A DNA stretch of 63,067 nucleotides, filler included, from Hyphochytrium catenoides (taxonomy: Eukaryota; Protista; Hyphochytriomycota): the NCBI GenBank assembly GCA_900088475.1. It is 9 parts of 9 records of this genome, joined end to end, with 100 filler letters (N's around TTAATTAATTAA, not from the genome) between each part and the next. Parts side by side here need not be neighbours in the genome. Positions count along the whole stretch, not along the records: positions 59,283 to 63,067 come from FLMG01001595.1; 8 more parts are not named here. One strand, written 5' to 3'. This document shows, piece after piece, positions 61,382 through 63,067 of the stretch (its first letter is position 1; the number at the start of each line of letters is the position of its first letter). The notes beneath the pieces were generated by a model. That model was given only the letters and a program-made list of their open reading frames with translations, was not told the origin of the DNA and did not search any database. Both the position numbers and the translations under genes were made by a program.

Positions 61382-62981
61382 ATGGCGGGGCAACTGCTTG
61401 GAGGAGGGGTCCGCCGCAGTTTGAAACTCAAGAGGACGACCACCTCCGCTTCCTCATCCTCCACTCTTTCCTCGAAAAACGGCCTTTTTGAGACCAAGAA
61501 TAGCTCATTATCGTCTTCTTCTTCGACAACCCAGACGACAACATCGTCCATCACTGCAATCTGCGCATCGTCCACGGTCGATAAAGGTAAGTTCGTGAGT
61601 CCGAAGGCTCGACCAACAATAGTTTCGCCTTAACAGCCCAATGTCCATATTTAGAGAATGTGGACAGAGCACAGCAATGTGTTCCTATTGAGAACAAGAA
61701 AGAAGGGAATGATGCCCATCGCTCGTCCTTCCAAGCTGTGAAGAAAGGACCAGAGCGAAAGGGTCCCCTCGGCAATCTAACTGACAGAGAAGAACAAGGA
61801 TGCTCGCTTCCAAAACCTGCCCCCAAAGGTCCGAAGGACGGTGAGGTGACAAGGTAGCGGCATGAGTCACTTCTCCCCTCCCCAACGCTGTCCCTCACTC
61901 TCCAAGCAAAAATCCTCACGCTTCGTCAAGTCTCTTTCGCTCTTTTACTTCTCTTTCACCGGTGTACAAGCATCTGACGGACATGCTCTCTTTCAGTTTT
62001 AGATGGCCCCAAGATGCGAAAGTGCAGAGTAGCGAGCCCTGGCAGCAGACTTCCGCTGGCAAGAAGAGGAAGAGAGAAACCAGTAGTGCCACCACAGGAT
62101 TCTCTGATATGGCTCCATCCTGTTCAGCTGGCGAGGCGGCCACCATAATTTGTCAACATCAGGCTGAGAAGCCCCGCACTAAGGGCCTTCAAGCAGAAGG
62201 AGCGAGAGATAACGAGGGAAAACTGTTCTTTACCCTCTTCCCGGAACCCCGTGACGCCTTGATCTATCGCACTGATTCTTCCGAGGCGTATTGCCTGCTT
62301 CAACGCGTTCTGAAATGGGAACGACAGGATGAGAAGAAAGAAGCGACGGACGGAGACCACGAGAGAGAAGCTGGAGATTTTGGCTCTCTTTATGATAGCA
62401 ATCTTCCTACTCTTCCACTTCCTCACGAAGGGCTTCTCAAGCTAAAGGAGGGCTTTAACAACGGCAAGTACAATGTGCAGCCTGCTGAGAGGAAGGAGGT
62501 GACAAAGAAGAGCTTCTGGGCTTGTATCTATGAATGTCCCTACTCCCTCCCAGCACCAACGAACAGACAGACAATGGGCGGAGCTGAGACAATTGTAGCT
62601 CAGATCAGAAGAGAGCTCAACGAGCAGAAAGATGATAAGGAACAGAGCAGTGACATTTCTGCTCACCCTGACCATACACCGCTGAACATTGACAAATGGA
62701 AAGCGCATAACGGCATATCAAAAGAGGAACGGGCCGTAAGATCGCCTGCAGAAGAGGTGGCAACTCTAACACAGGAGCAGCACTCAAATCTTCCTTCCTG
62801 CATCAATCCCCAGAACAACCATAAAGCGGTAGAAGTATTCCTTGTTGGTGGCATCGACGAAGACCTCTCTTCGTCCGGTCCTTCTTCCTGTCCTATATGT
62901 CTCTCTTCTCTGTCCTCTCTCGGAAAAGTACAAGCTGCCGAACACGTCTCTACTTGTTTGGCGCTGATGGTCGATTCGTGA
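61382..62981 (+). CDS. Three-exon, mostly low-complexity protein ending in a UBZ4-type (C2HC) ubiquitin-binding zinc finger
   Basis: Exons 61382-61587, 61637-~61852 and 62003-62981, with phase-compatible GT-AG junctions. C-terminal CPICLSSLSSLGKVQAAEHVSTCL matches the UBZ pattern CPxC-x12-14-H-x3-C. Confidence 0.65.
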
Positions 62982-63067
62982 TGAAGCTTCCCTACAGCTC
63001 AGCTCAAGTAGAGGTCTCTGCCCGGCGATTCTCTTGTTTACCAGGCGCTGCGTCGGTAACGTAAGAC

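Overview
This is eukaryotic (protist) genomic DNA, probably stramenopile-like, which is an inference from gene content. It has GT-AG introns and very dense (GA)n/(CT)n microsatellites. The window is about nine contigs joined by eight artificial 100-nt N44-TTAATTAATTAA-N44 spacers, so adjacency across those spacers is not biological evidence. The first block (1-21.9 kb) is gene-dense. It holds the 3' end of an unknown conserved gene, a Nup153/Nup1-type nucleoporin, a cyclophilin-RRM protein (PPIL4/CYP59), a transportin-3/importin-13-like karyopherin, and a TFIIB-related zinc-finger protein. It also holds a small spliced gene, largely missed by the ORF track, that encodes a divergent ubiquitin-like domain ending in GG fused to ribosomal protein eL41; this is the most striking find. 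Later contigs carry a bacterial FadE-type acyl-CoA dehydrogenase with a mitochondrial-like presequence and a PTS1-like C-terminus, and an intronless EptA/LtaS-like membrane phosphotransferase. They also carry an orphan membrane protein, a partial beta-adaptin, part of a large Gly/Ser beta-solenoid-like repeat protein, a partial FZL/bacterial dynamin-like GTPase, degenerate coding-like DNA, and a gene ending in a UBZ-type zinc finger. I found no rRNA, tRNA or CRISPR array. All family calls come from motif recognition by eye, without database searches.
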